A stretch of DNA of 64,000 bases from Candidatus Micrarchaeota archaeon (GTDB lineage: Archaea > Micrarchaeota > Micrarchaeia > Anstonellales > Bilamarchaeaceae). The notes under the pieces are model-generated. The model saw only the letters and a program-made list of their open reading frames with translations. It made no database searches and was not told the DNA's origin. The position numbers were made by a program, and so were the translations under genes. Below are positions 8,833 to 18,095 of the stretch, piece after piece; the stretch's first letter is position 1, and each line of letters starts with the position of its first letter. The stretch is from assembly GCA_043827025.1 (NCBI GenBank), contig JBDRPL010000019.1, forward strand, positions 32,001 to 96,000, given 5' to 3'.

Positions 8833-9350
8833 TTTTTTAACCCCAAATATGTTATGAGTTCTCCAGTGTGGTTTACTTCGTCAATATTCTTTTTGTCAAC
8901 AAGTGCTTTTAATATCTTCCCAATGGTTTTTTTCACGTTTCTTTTTGAAGTGTCAATCTCGACTATGCAATTATATTTCTGTGTACTGTTTATGGAACAA
9001 TAATCAAGAAGTTCGGCCATGGCATTTTCCTCGATTTTCTTTTTTGAATAGCCTCTTTTCTTCAACCTTTTTCGGAGCTCCTTGATTTTGGTTCTCAAGA
9101 CAAACACTATGTCAAGGCTTATCCTTACTTCGCAGAGCAGGTGCCCTTCTATGACGAAATCCTTCTTTTTGGCAACTTCTTTTTTGATTTCTTTTTCAAG
9201 TTTTTTTGTATCCACTTCTATCCCGGAAACAAGTTTCTTTTTTCTGGCAAGTTTTTTTATGTCAATTAGTTCACATCCAAGTTTAGTAGCCAGTAATTTC
9301 GCAAGCGTTGTTTTTCCGCATCCAGGAGTCCCAGCAATCCCAATCTTCAA
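8829..9350 (-). CDS. Adenylate kinase, AK6/Fap7-like
   Basis: GTPGCGKTT P-loop, IEGH motif, RLKKRGYSKKKIEEN. Confidence 0.88.
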   Translation of the reverse strand: MKIGIAGTPGCGKTTLAKLLATKLGCELIDIKKLARKKKLVSGIEVDTKKLEKEIKKEVAKKKDFVIEGHLLCEVRISLDIVFVLRTKIKELRKRLKKRGYSKKKIEENAMAELLDYCSINSTQKYNCIVEIDTSKRNVKKTIGKILKALVDKKNIDEVNHTGELITYLGLKK

Positions 9351-9363
9351 TCAATCGACCTTT

Positions 9364-9687
9364 TCAGAGCTTTTTTGCCAATGCTGCAAGATATTTCTTT
9401 GCAAGGTTCAGGGTTTCCTGGCCTTTTGCAGTCATCTTGTAGTATTTTCTTCTTTCTTTGAATGTTGATTCTATTATTTTTTCGCCTTCAAGTTTGTAAA
9501 GCACAAGGTATATCATAACTCTGCCAGGTTTGAAGCCGAATTTCAATTCGATATCAGTTACAAGTGAATATGCATAAACTTCTTTTTTTGATTTTATGAG
9601 CGAAAGGATGTAAAGCCATATATTTCCCACTGTAAGTGCCTGCCTCAGCCGTTTGGCAGGCAGGGCATCTTGGCGATTCATTTTCAT
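9364..9687 (-). CDS. PadR-family transcriptional regulator
   Basis: YLVLYKLEGEKII...RRKYYKMTAKG; ATG overlaps the upstream gene's TGA. Confidence 0.85.
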   Translation of the reverse strand: MKMNRQDALPAKRLRQALTVGNIWLYILSLIKSKKEVYAYSLVTDIELKFGFKPGRVMIYLVLYKLEGEKIIESTFKERRKYYKMTAKGQETLNLAKKYLAALAKKL

Positions 9688-10922
9688 CCTTCCTGCGATT
9701 GTTTCGTATAATATACGCACATATCTCGTTCAGCAAATGTTTCTATTTTGTTGCATATGCTTGGATCTTTTTGAGTTCTTGCTACAGATGTGTAACATTG
9801 GTTTCTCCAGTCATCTGCTGCAACTCCGTCACAATCGCTGACTTCTTTGACGTCCTGTCGTATTATCGTAGCTTCATAGCACTGTATTTTGTGAGGTACA
9901 CTCGCAAGGTTTTCGCAGATTTCAGGTTTTGTGTACTTTTTCGCTACGTCGAAATAGCAGTTATTCCTTGAAATCTGGGCATAGGTTTGGTCTATCAGAT
10001 TGCAGCCTTCAATGTTGTTTGTTTCAAGTGCATAATTCGCATAGCAATTCCATCTCCTGTTTTCATCTATATCTATATTTGCGCATATTTTTGGGTTATT
10101 ATCATTCACTGCAAAATAATAGTAGCAGTCGTATGCAAATTGGTTGCCTGGCGCGCTTATCTTTCCGCATAGGTAATTCTCATTTGTTTTTGTTGCATAC
10201 ATCTGATAACAATAATCTCTTTTTGAAACAGTAGTAATCTCTTTGCAGACGTCTTTGTCTTCTACTATGCTTTTGCATGCGCCAACTTTGCTTGCATCCT
10301 CCATCTCATCGCATGCTTCTGATGATTTGTATTTTGATATATATTCAAAAATGCAATCTTCGTTTCCTTCGCAGTAGCGATAATCTTTTTTATCGAGCGC
10401 CATGCACGTATTTTTCGGTTCGGCTTCTCCATAAAAGCAGGGATCTATGGATAATATACACTCCCTTCTATCTCCGTTTTCTAGGTTATTGCATGGTTCT
10501 ATGGACGAGCCTTCCTTGGCAAGCTTGTATATGCAGCTCTTTTTCACTTCATACTCAGAAACAAGTGCGCATGCTTCCAATACTTTTCCAGAAAGTGCCT
10601 TGTAGCAGATTTCTTTATTCGTATCGTTGAGCCTGCTGCATTCTTCTACGTCGCTCTGTGCTATTGCATTTTGCAATTTGCAGACTTCATCGCAGAAATA
10701 TGTAGTATCCCTTTCGTTTATTATTATAGTCACATTTTCTACTCCATTGCCGTTTTTCGAGCCGTTTGGTATGATCAGGAATGCTATGGCTATGGACATT
10801 ACAGCTATGGCGCAGATTATTGCAATTGCCATCCAAGGTGATTTTTTTTCCTTCGTAGGAGGTATTGATGCGTGTCCAGTATCCTTCTTATGCTGCCTTG
10901 GGATGTATCCTTTATCGTCCAT
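9684..10922 (-). CDS. Membrane-anchored cysteine-rich repeat protein
   Basis: One N-terminal TM segment, then many ~25-28 aa repeats of the form C-x2-I-x5-7-R-x2-CY-x3-A. Confidence 0.8.
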   Translation of the reverse strand: MDDKGYIPRQHKKDTGHASIPPTKEKKSPWMAIAIICAIAVMSIAIAFLIIPNGSKNGNGVENVTIIINERDTTYFCDEVCKLQNAIAQSDVEECSRLNDTNKEICYKALSGKVLEACALVSEYEVKKSCIYKLAKEGSSIEPCNNLENGDRRECILSIDPCFYGEAEPKNTCMALDKKDYRYCEGNEDCIFEYISKYKSSEACDEMEDASKVGACKSIVEDKDVCKEITTVSKRDYCYQMYATKTNENYLCGKISAPGNQFAYDCYYYFAVNDNNPKICANIDIDENRRWNCYANYALETNNIEGCNLIDQTYAQISRNNCYFDVAKKYTKPEICENLASVPHKIQCYEATIIRQDVKEVSDCDGVAADDWRNQCYTSVARTQKDPSICNKIETFAERDMCVYYTKQSQEG

Positions 10923-11165
10923 GGGCTACCTAACTAAGTTAAAATTTATATATTCAACCGTCCGAAACATCCGGATATCATGTTTGTTTTTACACTTTTG
11001 TGTTTATGTGATTCACTCGGAAAAAGTTTGGTATTTAAACAGTGGTGGTGTAGTCTATTTCCTTTTGAAAAAAAGTAGAGGTGGGGGGTGAGATGGAGCC
11101 TTTGGGTGTACCATCTTGCCTCAAAAAGCTTTTTGTGTCATTGAATTTTTTGGTGATTTCTGTTT

Positions 11166-12050
11166 TTATTCCAGGTGCTGAATTATAGCAGTTCCAGGCG
11201 CAAGTTGTATAAGCTGGGCTATATGATCCCGCCCTGAGCCTAAAAGCATGCCCTGCCAGATGATCTGCGGAGTAGACACATATTCTTTTATAAGATTAAG
11301 ATATGCCTGTGCATGTCGGTCAAAATCCACATTAGCCACTCCTTTTGCAAGGATTTCCTGGATCGTATCAAGGATAGGGTGCTGGAATTCCGTTGCTTCT
11401 ACGATTACGTCACAATTCCTTTCCCTGAGCATATGGGCCAAAGCTACTTGCATCGAATCCCTAACCACAATCCCGAACCCATCTTCAGGAACTGTATTAA
11501 TTATATATTCTGCACTGAGCGCAGACCTGACCATGCTTGCTTCACAATAATTAAGAACTACAAGCATTGCGTAATATACTGATTCTGGAGATGAAGGCGA
11601 TTTGAGAAGGAGTTGTGTGGCATTCCCCATCTCATCTTCCAATTCAAAACTTCTTGCATCGTGCGGTTCGCCAATAATCTGTATTCTTCCTGGATTTTCT
11701 TCATTTACAGTGTGAACTAGGTTTCCGCATCCATATGGGATATTTTGCGAATGAGGGTTGTTTGAGATGAGCGTTCTTTCCAGTTGTGAGGCTTCTGATT
11801 CTGTGACAAACCTTAATTTCTCTTCAAGTGTAAGATTTCTCCAGGACATATCCCTTTCTGTTCCGTGTTGCCACATGGCACCTATACGTGTTAATTCCAA
11901 TCGGGCAAGGGGTGGTTTTTCAATAAATAATCCGAAATTGCCCTGCATTTCCCTAACCGTTGCCTCTAGTTGTTTCCTTACAAATCCAGATTCTTGTGTT
12001 ACATATTCTCTTGCGAATACCAGTTTTATCGTTCTTGTCATTATCATCAC
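11166..12050 (-). CDS. Hypothetical protein (orphan)
   Basis: 294-aa ORF filling the gap; no recognised motif; exact start uncertain. Confidence 0.65.
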   Translation of the reverse strand: MMIMTRTIKLVFAREYVTQESGFVRKQLEATVREMQGNFGLFIEKPPLARLELTRIGAMWQHGTERDMSWRNLTLEEKLRFVTESEASQLERTLISNNPHSQNIPYGCGNLVHTVNEENPGRIQIIGEPHDARSFELEDEMGNATQLLLKSPSSPESVYYAMLVVLNYCEASMVRSALSAEYIINTVPEDGFGIVVRDSMQVALAHMLRERNCDVIVEATEFQHPILDTIQEILAKGVANVDFDRHAQAYLNLIKEYVSTPQIIWQGMLLGSGRDHIAQLIQLAPGTAIIQHLE

Positions 12051-12111
12051 TTGTGGTAGAACCTAGAAACATATCGAAAGATTCATAAGGTTACTTAATC
12101 TGAAGGATAGG

Positions 12112-12336
12112 TTTAAAAACTAATTTGTGTAAGAGAGTTATGCTTTTTTCTATAGAGAAAAGTCGATACAGTGATCCATATGGATCACTTATTCTCATGC
12201 TGCGATTGTCACAACGATCACGGGCACAAAAGAAACAGATCGCTGTTTCTTTACGTCCAACATCTGAAAAGTTAGTTGGATGAGAATGGCAGTACGCTAG
12301 CAGTATTGCAAATGTTATATTAAGGAGGTTATTTGA
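12112..12336 (+). promoter_or_regulatory. tuf promoter and highly structured ~200-nt 5' leader (candidate cis-regulatory RNA)
   Basis: TATA TTTAAAAA at 12112-12119; hairpins 12142-12163 and 12170-12189; four-way junction 12190-12288; hairpin 12289-12309; SD AGGAGGT at 12323-12329. Confidence 0.6.
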
Positions 12337-13620
12337 ATGGCAGAAAAAGAACACTTGAATCTTGTATTTATTGGACATGTCGACGCAGGTAAGTCGACAT
12401 CAGTTGGTAGGATCCTGTACGAAACAGGCGCAGTCTCAGAACAGGCTTTGAAAAAGCTGAAGGATGAAGCTGCAAAGGTCGGTAAGGCGACTTTTGAATT
12501 CGCATTCGTCATGGATGAATTGGCAGAAGAAAGAAAGAGAGGTGTCACAATCGATGTTGCACACAGGGAATTCAATACTTCCAAGTATTACTTTACAATC
12601 ATTGATGCACCAGGACACAGAGATTTCGTCAAGAACATGATCACAGGTACAAGCCAGGCAGATGCAGCAGTCTTGGTAATCTCTGCAAAAGACGGAGTAC
12701 AGCCACAGACAAAGGAGCACGCATTCTTGGCAAAGGTTCTTGGTATTTCTCAGTTGATTGTGAATATCAACAAGATGGATGCAGTTAACTACAGCCAGGA
12801 CGAATTCAACAAGGTAAAAGGCGAAGTTGAAAAGCTCTTGAAAGGCATTGGTTACAAGATAGAAACCGTTGCTATTATTCCATGTTCAAGTTATGGTGGA
12901 GACAACATCACAAAGAAATCTCCTAATATGCCTTGGTATACCGGTCCAACATTAATCGAATTGTTCGATAAGTTGACAGTTCCTCCAAAATTAGACAACC
13001 TTGCTTTGAGAATGCCGATACAGGAAGTCTTTTCTATTACAGGACACGGCGTTGTTCCAGTAGGAAGAGTTGAGACGGGTATCTTGAAGCCAGGTATGGC
13101 TATTTGTTTCATGCCAAGCGGAAAGAAGTCTGAAGTTAAGAAAATCGAGATGCACCACCAGGAACTAAAAGAAGCAAAAAGCGGTGACAATGTTGGTTTC
13201 AACGTAAAAGGCGTTGAAAAGGCAGATGTAAAGAGGGGAGATGTTATTGGCCCTGCAGACAAGCCACCAACAGTTGCAGCTGAATTCACAGCACAGATTG
13301 TGGTTCTTAATCATCCAACAGCACTTTCAGTAGGTTACACGCCTGTGTTTCACATTCACACTGCACAATTCGCAGGAAGAGTGGTGGAGATCATAGAAAA
13401 GAAGGATCCTAAGACAGGCCAGCCTACAAAAGAAAATCTTGATTTCATCAAGACGGGTGAAGCTGCAGTCATAAGGGTTCAGCCTATGAAACCTGTTGTT
13501 ATTGAGAAATTCAGCGAGTTCAGGCCTCTTGGAAGATTCGCAATCAGAGACATGGGTCAGACTGTCGCAGCAGGCGTAGTCTTGAGCGTAACTCCGAAAG
13601 TAATGGAAGAGAAGAAGTAG
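12337..13620 (+). CDS. tuf: Translation elongation factor EF-1 alpha
   Basis: [46 protein letters not shown]. Confidence 0.99.
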   Translation: MAEKEHLNLVFIGHVDAGKSTSVGRILYETGAVSEQALKKLKDEAAKVGKATFEFAFVMDELAEERKRGVTIDVAHREFNTSKYYFTIIDAPGHRDFVKNMITGTSQADAAVLVISAKDGVQPQTKEHAFLAKVLGISQLIVNINKMDAVNYSQDEFNKVKGEVEKLLKGIGYKIETVAIIPCSSYGGDNITKKSPNMPWYTGPTLIELFDKLTVPPKLDNLALRMPIQEVFSITGHGVVPVGRVETGILKPGMAICFMPSGKKSEVKKIEMHHQELKEAKSGDNVGFNVKGVEKADVKRGDVIGPADKPPTVAAEFTAQIVVLNHPTALSVGYTPVFHIHTAQFAGRVVEIIEKKDPKTGQPTKENLDFIKTGEAAVIRVQPMKPVVIEKFSEFRPLGRFAIRDMGQTVAAGVVLSVTPKVMEEKK

Positions 13621-13675
13621 TTTCTTCTATTTTCTTATTTTTATTTTATTTTATTTCTCTGTTTTTTGTATTTTC
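13621..13675 (+). terminator. Oligo-T terminator tract after tuf
   Basis: Repeated T4-T6 runs immediately after the stop codon. Confidence 0.5.
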
Positions 13676-13735
13676 GAATTCTATCCAAGCCAATAAATCT
13701 ACTATTTTTAACCCTTTTGCAACAAACACCATATA

Positions 13736-15049
13736 GTGTTTTATATGTTCAGTACTGTAGCTGATGTTTTATCTGGAAAAATGGAAGGCAAAGAGGTTCA
13801 TCTTAGGGGATGGATACACAGGCACAGGATTGGAGGGGCAGGTTCACTTGTTTTTGCAGTAATTCGCGATTCGACAGGAGTAGTCCAGGTTGCAATCAAA
13901 AAAGAAAATGTTGATGAGAAATCGTTCAAGGATGCAAGCGAAGCCTATGTCGAATCTTCTGTATTTCTGTCTGGGAAAGCTGTCAAAGACGCAAGGGCGC
14001 CAGGAGGATATGAAATACAGGCAAGGGAATTCGAAACCGTTTGCAGAGGCGAACCATTCCCTGTTGCAAAAGATCTTTCGGAAGAATATCTTCTGGACAT
14101 AAGGCATCTTTGGCTAAGGAGCCAGAAGCTTACCAAGACGATGCAGATAAGAAGCACAGTGGTTTATGCTATCCACGAGTTTTTCCAGAAACGCAGTTAT
14201 ACTTTGTTCGATCCGCCAATATTTACTCCAAATGCATGCGAAGGCGGGGCAACACTGTTTGAGGTAAAATATTTTGATACTAAAATGTACCTTACTCAAT
14301 CGTGGCAGCTTTATGCAGAAGCTGCTATTTTTGCACTTGGAAAGATATACGATGTTGCACCTACCTTCAGGGCTGAGAAGAGCAAGACCTCCAGGCATCT
14401 GGCTGAGTTTTGGATGGCTGAGATGGAAGCTCCGTGGATGGAGCTGAAAGAGGTTACAGAGGTTGCAAAAGATGAGATCAAGTTTATTGTCGAGAAAGTC
14501 CTTGAAAAACATACAGAAGACCTTAAGTTCTTGGGAAGGGATGTGGAAAAATTGAAGAAAGCAATATCAAAACCATTTCCAACAATCAAATATTCTGAAG
14601 TATTGAAGATGTTGAAGGAAAAAGACAACCTGGAAGTAGCTTGGGGCAAGGATCTTCGGACAATCGAAGAGGAGAAGATTATGACTCATTTCGATACTCC
14701 TATTGTAGTGACTCATTATCCAAAAGAAATAATGGCATTTTACAAGCCTGTTGACCCCAAGAATCCAAAGGAGGCGCTTTGCTTTGACATGCTTGCTCCG
14801 GAAGGCTTTGGGGAAATTGTGGGTGGAAGCCAGAGATGCATTGACATCAAGGAAATCGAAAAAGGACTCAAGAAAGAAGGCGAGAACATCGAAAATTACC
14901 AATGGTATCTTGACCTTAGAAAGTATGGTTCCGTTCCCCATTCCGGCTATGGAGTTGGAGTCGAACGGGTAGTGAGATGGATCTGCGGTTCTGAAAATAT
15001 AAAAGATGCGATTGCATTCCCGCGGACAATGGCAAGGTTTAAGCCATGA
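13736..15049 (+). CDS. asnS: Asparagine--tRNA ligase (start GTG 13736 or ATG 13745)
   Basis: N-terminal OB fold; RHLWLRS, YLTQSWQLY, FRAEKSKTSRHLAEFWMAEME, GEIVGGSQR, PHSGYGVGVER. Confidence 0.95.
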   Translation: MFYMFSTVADVLSGKMEGKEVHLRGWIHRHRIGGAGSLVFAVIRDSTGVVQVAIKKENVDEKSFKDASEAYVESSVFLSGKAVKDARAPGGYEIQAREFETVCRGEPFPVAKDLSEEYLLDIRHLWLRSQKLTKTMQIRSTVVYAIHEFFQKRSYTLFDPPIFTPNACEGGATLFEVKYFDTKMYLTQSWQLYAEAAIFALGKIYDVAPTFRAEKSKTSRHLAEFWMAEMEAPWMELKEVTEVAKDEIKFIVEKVLEKHTEDLKFLGRDVEKLKKAISKPFPTIKYSEVLKMLKEKDNLEVAWGKDLRTIEEEKIMTHFDTPIVVTHYPKEIMAFYKPVDPKNPKEALCFDMLAPEGFGEIVGGSQRCIDIKEIEKGLKKEGENIENYQWYLDLRKYGSVPHSGYGVGVERVVRWICGSENIKDAIAFPRTMARFKP

Positions 15050-15127
15050 TTTTTTTGACTATTCAAAAAAGTTTTGTTAACTGTTGTGACAGTTATTTTT
15101 AAATTTAACCACTTATTATTCTAGGTT

Positions 15128-16807
15128 ATGGCCCAATTAGCAATCAGACGCATTCAGCCTCACGACCTGCCAGATTCAAGCTTTGGTGGAAAAGCATTTG
15201 GTATGAGAAAATTGGCAGTTTGGCTGCCAGATCTTCAGAATGCAGTAGGTAAGGTCAATCCAAGTGCAAGTGTTTTTGTTCCTGCCACTATTGAAATTCC
15301 TGTTGAGGGTTGCAGATCATTTATCCTTGGTCATCAGAAGGTCTTGAGAAGCCTTCGTGATGCTAAGGATGATGAGCTTTTTTCTATAATGCAAAGCCAT
15401 AAATTATCTGCAGTAACTGGACTTTCATGGTTACTTAATGGTCTTAAGGCAGAGCTTGCCCAGGATCCTTTTGCAAATGCATCTGCATTGGCCATTCGCT
15501 CAAGTGCAATTGGTGAAGACAGTGCAAAGGATCCAAGGGCAGGCATTTATTCGACTGTTTCAATGGCTTTGCCGCAAGGGACTCCTAAAGACAGATTAAA
15601 GGCAGTGCTTGATGGCGTAAAAGGTGTTTGGGCATCTTTTTTCAGTCAGCTTGCCAGAACGTATGTGGGTAATGAGCATGAGATTTGGACTCCTGGAGAG
15701 GGAGGCATGGGTGTCATCATCCAGCCAATAGTTGGTTCTCGCTTTTCTACAGATGGGGCGCAATTTTTTGCACCGCATTGCGCAGGCCAGTTTTGTTCAG
15801 TCGATCCTTATATAAAATTATTTTCCAATCCAGTTGTAAGTCTTGTTTTTGGGCATGGAACTACAGTTGTTGATGGTGAAGTAATCCCACAGACACTTCA
15901 CCTGGTTGACAAAACAGGCAATAACCAAGAAGGAATAGATCAACCATTTGCTCGCGCAATTGATCTTTCAGTTGTTGATGGGTCAGATGCGCTCAGGAGA
16001 ATTCATCTTATGGGAAACCTTCGAACAATTCTGTCACAAGATCCTGGTTTTGAACTGGCTCTTGAATACAGTTCACCTAAGCTCGGCAAGGCACCATACG
16101 TTAACATTAAGAGATTGCTTTCATTAGGCATAGAAGGTGTGCTGTTTGCAATTCACAATAAACTAAGGTCTTTCATGGATGGCTCAGTTGATGTGGAATT
16201 CGCATTAATGTCTGGAAAAGAACCTGGAAATTGGGAGATACATTTGGTTCAGGTAAGGCGTGATGTAACCGTTGATGCTTCAAGCCAAATGGTCCTGCCT
16301 GCAGAATCCGGAGCAATTGAATCCAGCGTTTTCGTAGGTCACGGAATTAATGAAGGAATACGAAAGATAGTTGTTTTAGATGAAAACACAATTCCGAATC
16401 AGCAATTCTGGGATTCATTAAGGAAACTGAACGAATTAGCTTCTGGAGATGGCGCACTACTTATTACCTCGGGAATTGCAGGCACCTCTAACCCTAAGCT
16501 TGGCATTCCATTTAATTTTACCCATGTTTCCCATTTTTCATGCATACTCGAAGGCAAGAGAAATGGCAAAGTGATTGCCTCATCTCCTGCAACTCATTTT
16601 CTGAGAGGCTTGATTTCAAAGAAAATAGTTTTTGGTTGTGTTGATGGTGACAGAGGAGCAGTTGATCTTGAACAGATTAAGCAGAGTTCATCGCATATTG
16701 AAAGAGTAGGGCAGTACATAACTGTTTATACGTTGGAAATTCCAGCAACACTTTACGCAAACAAGAATCTTGAGTTTGGACCGGTAAGGCTTTCGCTGCA
16801 GCTCTAG
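15128..16807 (+). CDS. PEP/pyruvate-binding (PPDK_N, ATP-grasp) domain protein
   Basis: FGGKA, AIRSSAIGEDS...AGIYST, MGVIIQ, FGHGTTVVDG, DVEFA, LVQVR; no C-terminal TIM barrel recognisable. Confidence 0.75.
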   Translation: MAQLAIRRIQPHDLPDSSFGGKAFGMRKLAVWLPDLQNAVGKVNPSASVFVPATIEIPVEGCRSFILGHQKVLRSLRDAKDDELFSIMQSHKLSAVTGLSWLLNGLKAELAQDPFANASALAIRSSAIGEDSAKDPRAGIYSTVSMALPQGTPKDRLKAVLDGVKGVWASFFSQLARTYVGNEHEIWTPGEGGMGVIIQPIVGSRFSTDGAQFFAPHCAGQFCSVDPYIKLFSNPVVSLVFGHGTTVVDGEVIPQTLHLVDKTGNNQEGIDQPFARAIDLSVVDGSDALRRIHLMGNLRTILSQDPGFELALEYSSPKLGKAPYVNIKRLLSLGIEGVLFAIHNKLRSFMDGSVDVEFALMSGKEPGNWEIHLVQVRRDVTVDASSQMVLPAESGAIESSVFVGHGINEGIRKIVVLDENTIPNQQFWDSLRKLNELASGDGALLITSGIAGTSNPKLGIPFNFTHVSHFSCILEGKRNGKVIASSPATHFLRGLISKKIVFGCVDGDRGAVDLEQIKQSSSHIERVGQYITVYTLEIPATLYANKNLEFGPVRLSLQL

Positions 16808-16827
16808 GTACTTAGAAAAAGAACATA

Positions 16828-17038
16828 CGCCCCCGTCGGGGATTTCGCTTCGTTTTTTGGTGCCGGTTTTTAGGCATCCCGAAAAAGCGGCTTCGAACCC
16901 GAGTCGGAAGAGGACTGTAAACCTTGGAAAGAGTTGTTTGATGAAACGTTTTCCAAAAAGTTTCTGACAGTCTCCTATGCTAACCACTGTGTGCTTTGAG
17001 TATCTCTAAAAGTACTCAAAACTCTACACTACAGGGGC
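16828..17038 (-). tRNA. tRNA-Asp(GTC) with three introns: 15/16 (16987-17023), 37/38 (16913-16964), 59/60 (16842-16891)
   Basis: Removing the three inserts gives GCCCCTG TA GTGTAG|TGGTTAGCAT A GGAGA CTGTCA|C TCTTC CGAC TCGGG TTCGAA|C CCCGA CGGGGGC G. Each insert has a 4-bp helix and 3-nt bulges. CCA not encoded. Confidence 0.92.
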
Positions 17039-17096
17039 GTAGAAACAAAATTATGACTCATTAGTTTTATAAATCTATTTTTCGAAGTTACTCTCT

Positions 17097-17813
17097 ATGA
17101 AAAAACTCCTTTTATTCCTTGTGGTAATTGCGCTACTGTTTGCTCCTTATCCTCAATATTATGGATATGTGAATGATTATGCAAACGTTCTTTCCCCTCA
17201 ATACAAGGCTGGATTAGAGCAGAAGATCTCCGACTTCGAAAGAAATTCTTCTGTTGAGATTGCAGTTGTCATTTTGCCTCAGCTGGCGGATCCAAATGAT
17301 CCGAAAATTCCTGCCGACATAAATATCTATGCAGCAGAACTCTTCCACGAGTGGAAGATAGGGAAGAAAGGCGAGGATAATGGTATCCTTCTTTTGATTG
17401 CCATGAATGACAAAAAGCTTAGGCTAGAAGTAGGTTATGGGCTTGAAGGCACTATTCCAGATACAATTGCAAAAAAGATAATTGATAATGAAATAACCCC
17501 TTATTTCAAGGAGGGTAGGTATGATGAAGGTGTCATGAATGGAGTTGATAAAATTATCGAAACCATACAAAAAAAAGGTTATACTCCAACTGTAAAGAAA
17601 GATGACGAGGACTTCATGTGCTTCCTTGCAGTATTCCTTGGCATTTTCCTTTTCATAATTATCATCTTTGTAATCACCATGAAGTATGGCAAGGGCGGAG
17701 GCTATAGTCACGGAGGGGGTGGCTGGTCTTCTGGCAGAGGACATTCCTCAGGAGGGGGCCACAGTTTCGGAGGCGGATTCTCCGGCGGTGGAGGGTCATC
17801 AGGCGGATGGTAA
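17097..17813 (+). CDS. TPM-domain (YgcG-like) membrane protein
   Basis: Signal peptide; VNDYANVLS, WKIGKKGEDNGILLLIA, RLEVGYGLEGTIPD; TM; Gly-rich tail GGGFSGGGGSSGGW. Confidence 0.92.
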   Translation: MKKLLLFLVVIALLFAPYPQYYGYVNDYANVLSPQYKAGLEQKISDFERNSSVEIAVVILPQLADPNDPKIPADINIYAAELFHEWKIGKKGEDNGILLLIAMNDKKLRLEVGYGLEGTIPDTIAKKIIDNEITPYFKEGRYDEGVMNGVDKIIETIQKKGYTPTVKKDDEDFMCFLAVFLGIFLFIIIIFVITMKYGKGGGYSHGGGGWSSGRGHSSGGGHSFGGGFSGGGGSSGGW

Positions 17814-18052
17814 TTCTTCATTCCACTAAAAAAGATTTACTCCTGATTTTTGCTGCGCTTGCAGTTGGTGCATTGATTTGGTTTTATGATTTTGCGTTGC
17901 TGACTATCATACTTTTTGTTTTACTTCTCTTATTCGTGCTGTTCCTCGTTTTCAAAGGCAAGGGCAGTCGTGGAGGCAGAGGCTGGTCATCAGGCGGCTC
18001 AAGTTTTGGCGGTGGAAGATCAGGCGGCGGCGGAGCATCAGGCAGATGGTAG
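17807..18052 (+). CDS. Small membrane protein with TPM-like Gly-rich tail
   Basis: Long hydrophobic stretch then FGGGRSGGGGASGRW; start overlaps the upstream stop. Confidence 0.65.
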   Translation: MVILHSTKKDLLLIFAALAVGALIWFYDFALLTIILFVLLLLFVLFLVFKGKGSRGGRGWSSGGSSFGGGRSGGGGASGRW

Positions 18053-18095
18053 GATTTTTAAATAATGATTATAATATCTATGTGAGGATGATTCA

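Noticed and set aside
12190..12288. tuf leader cloverleaf as a real tRNA gene
   Set aside because: No TTC T-loop, no GG D-loop and no 7-nt anticodon loop; kept only as a structured leader.
16688..16987. 99-aa minus-strand ORF
   Set aside because: Overlaps the tRNA-Asp gene and the end of the PPDK_N gene.
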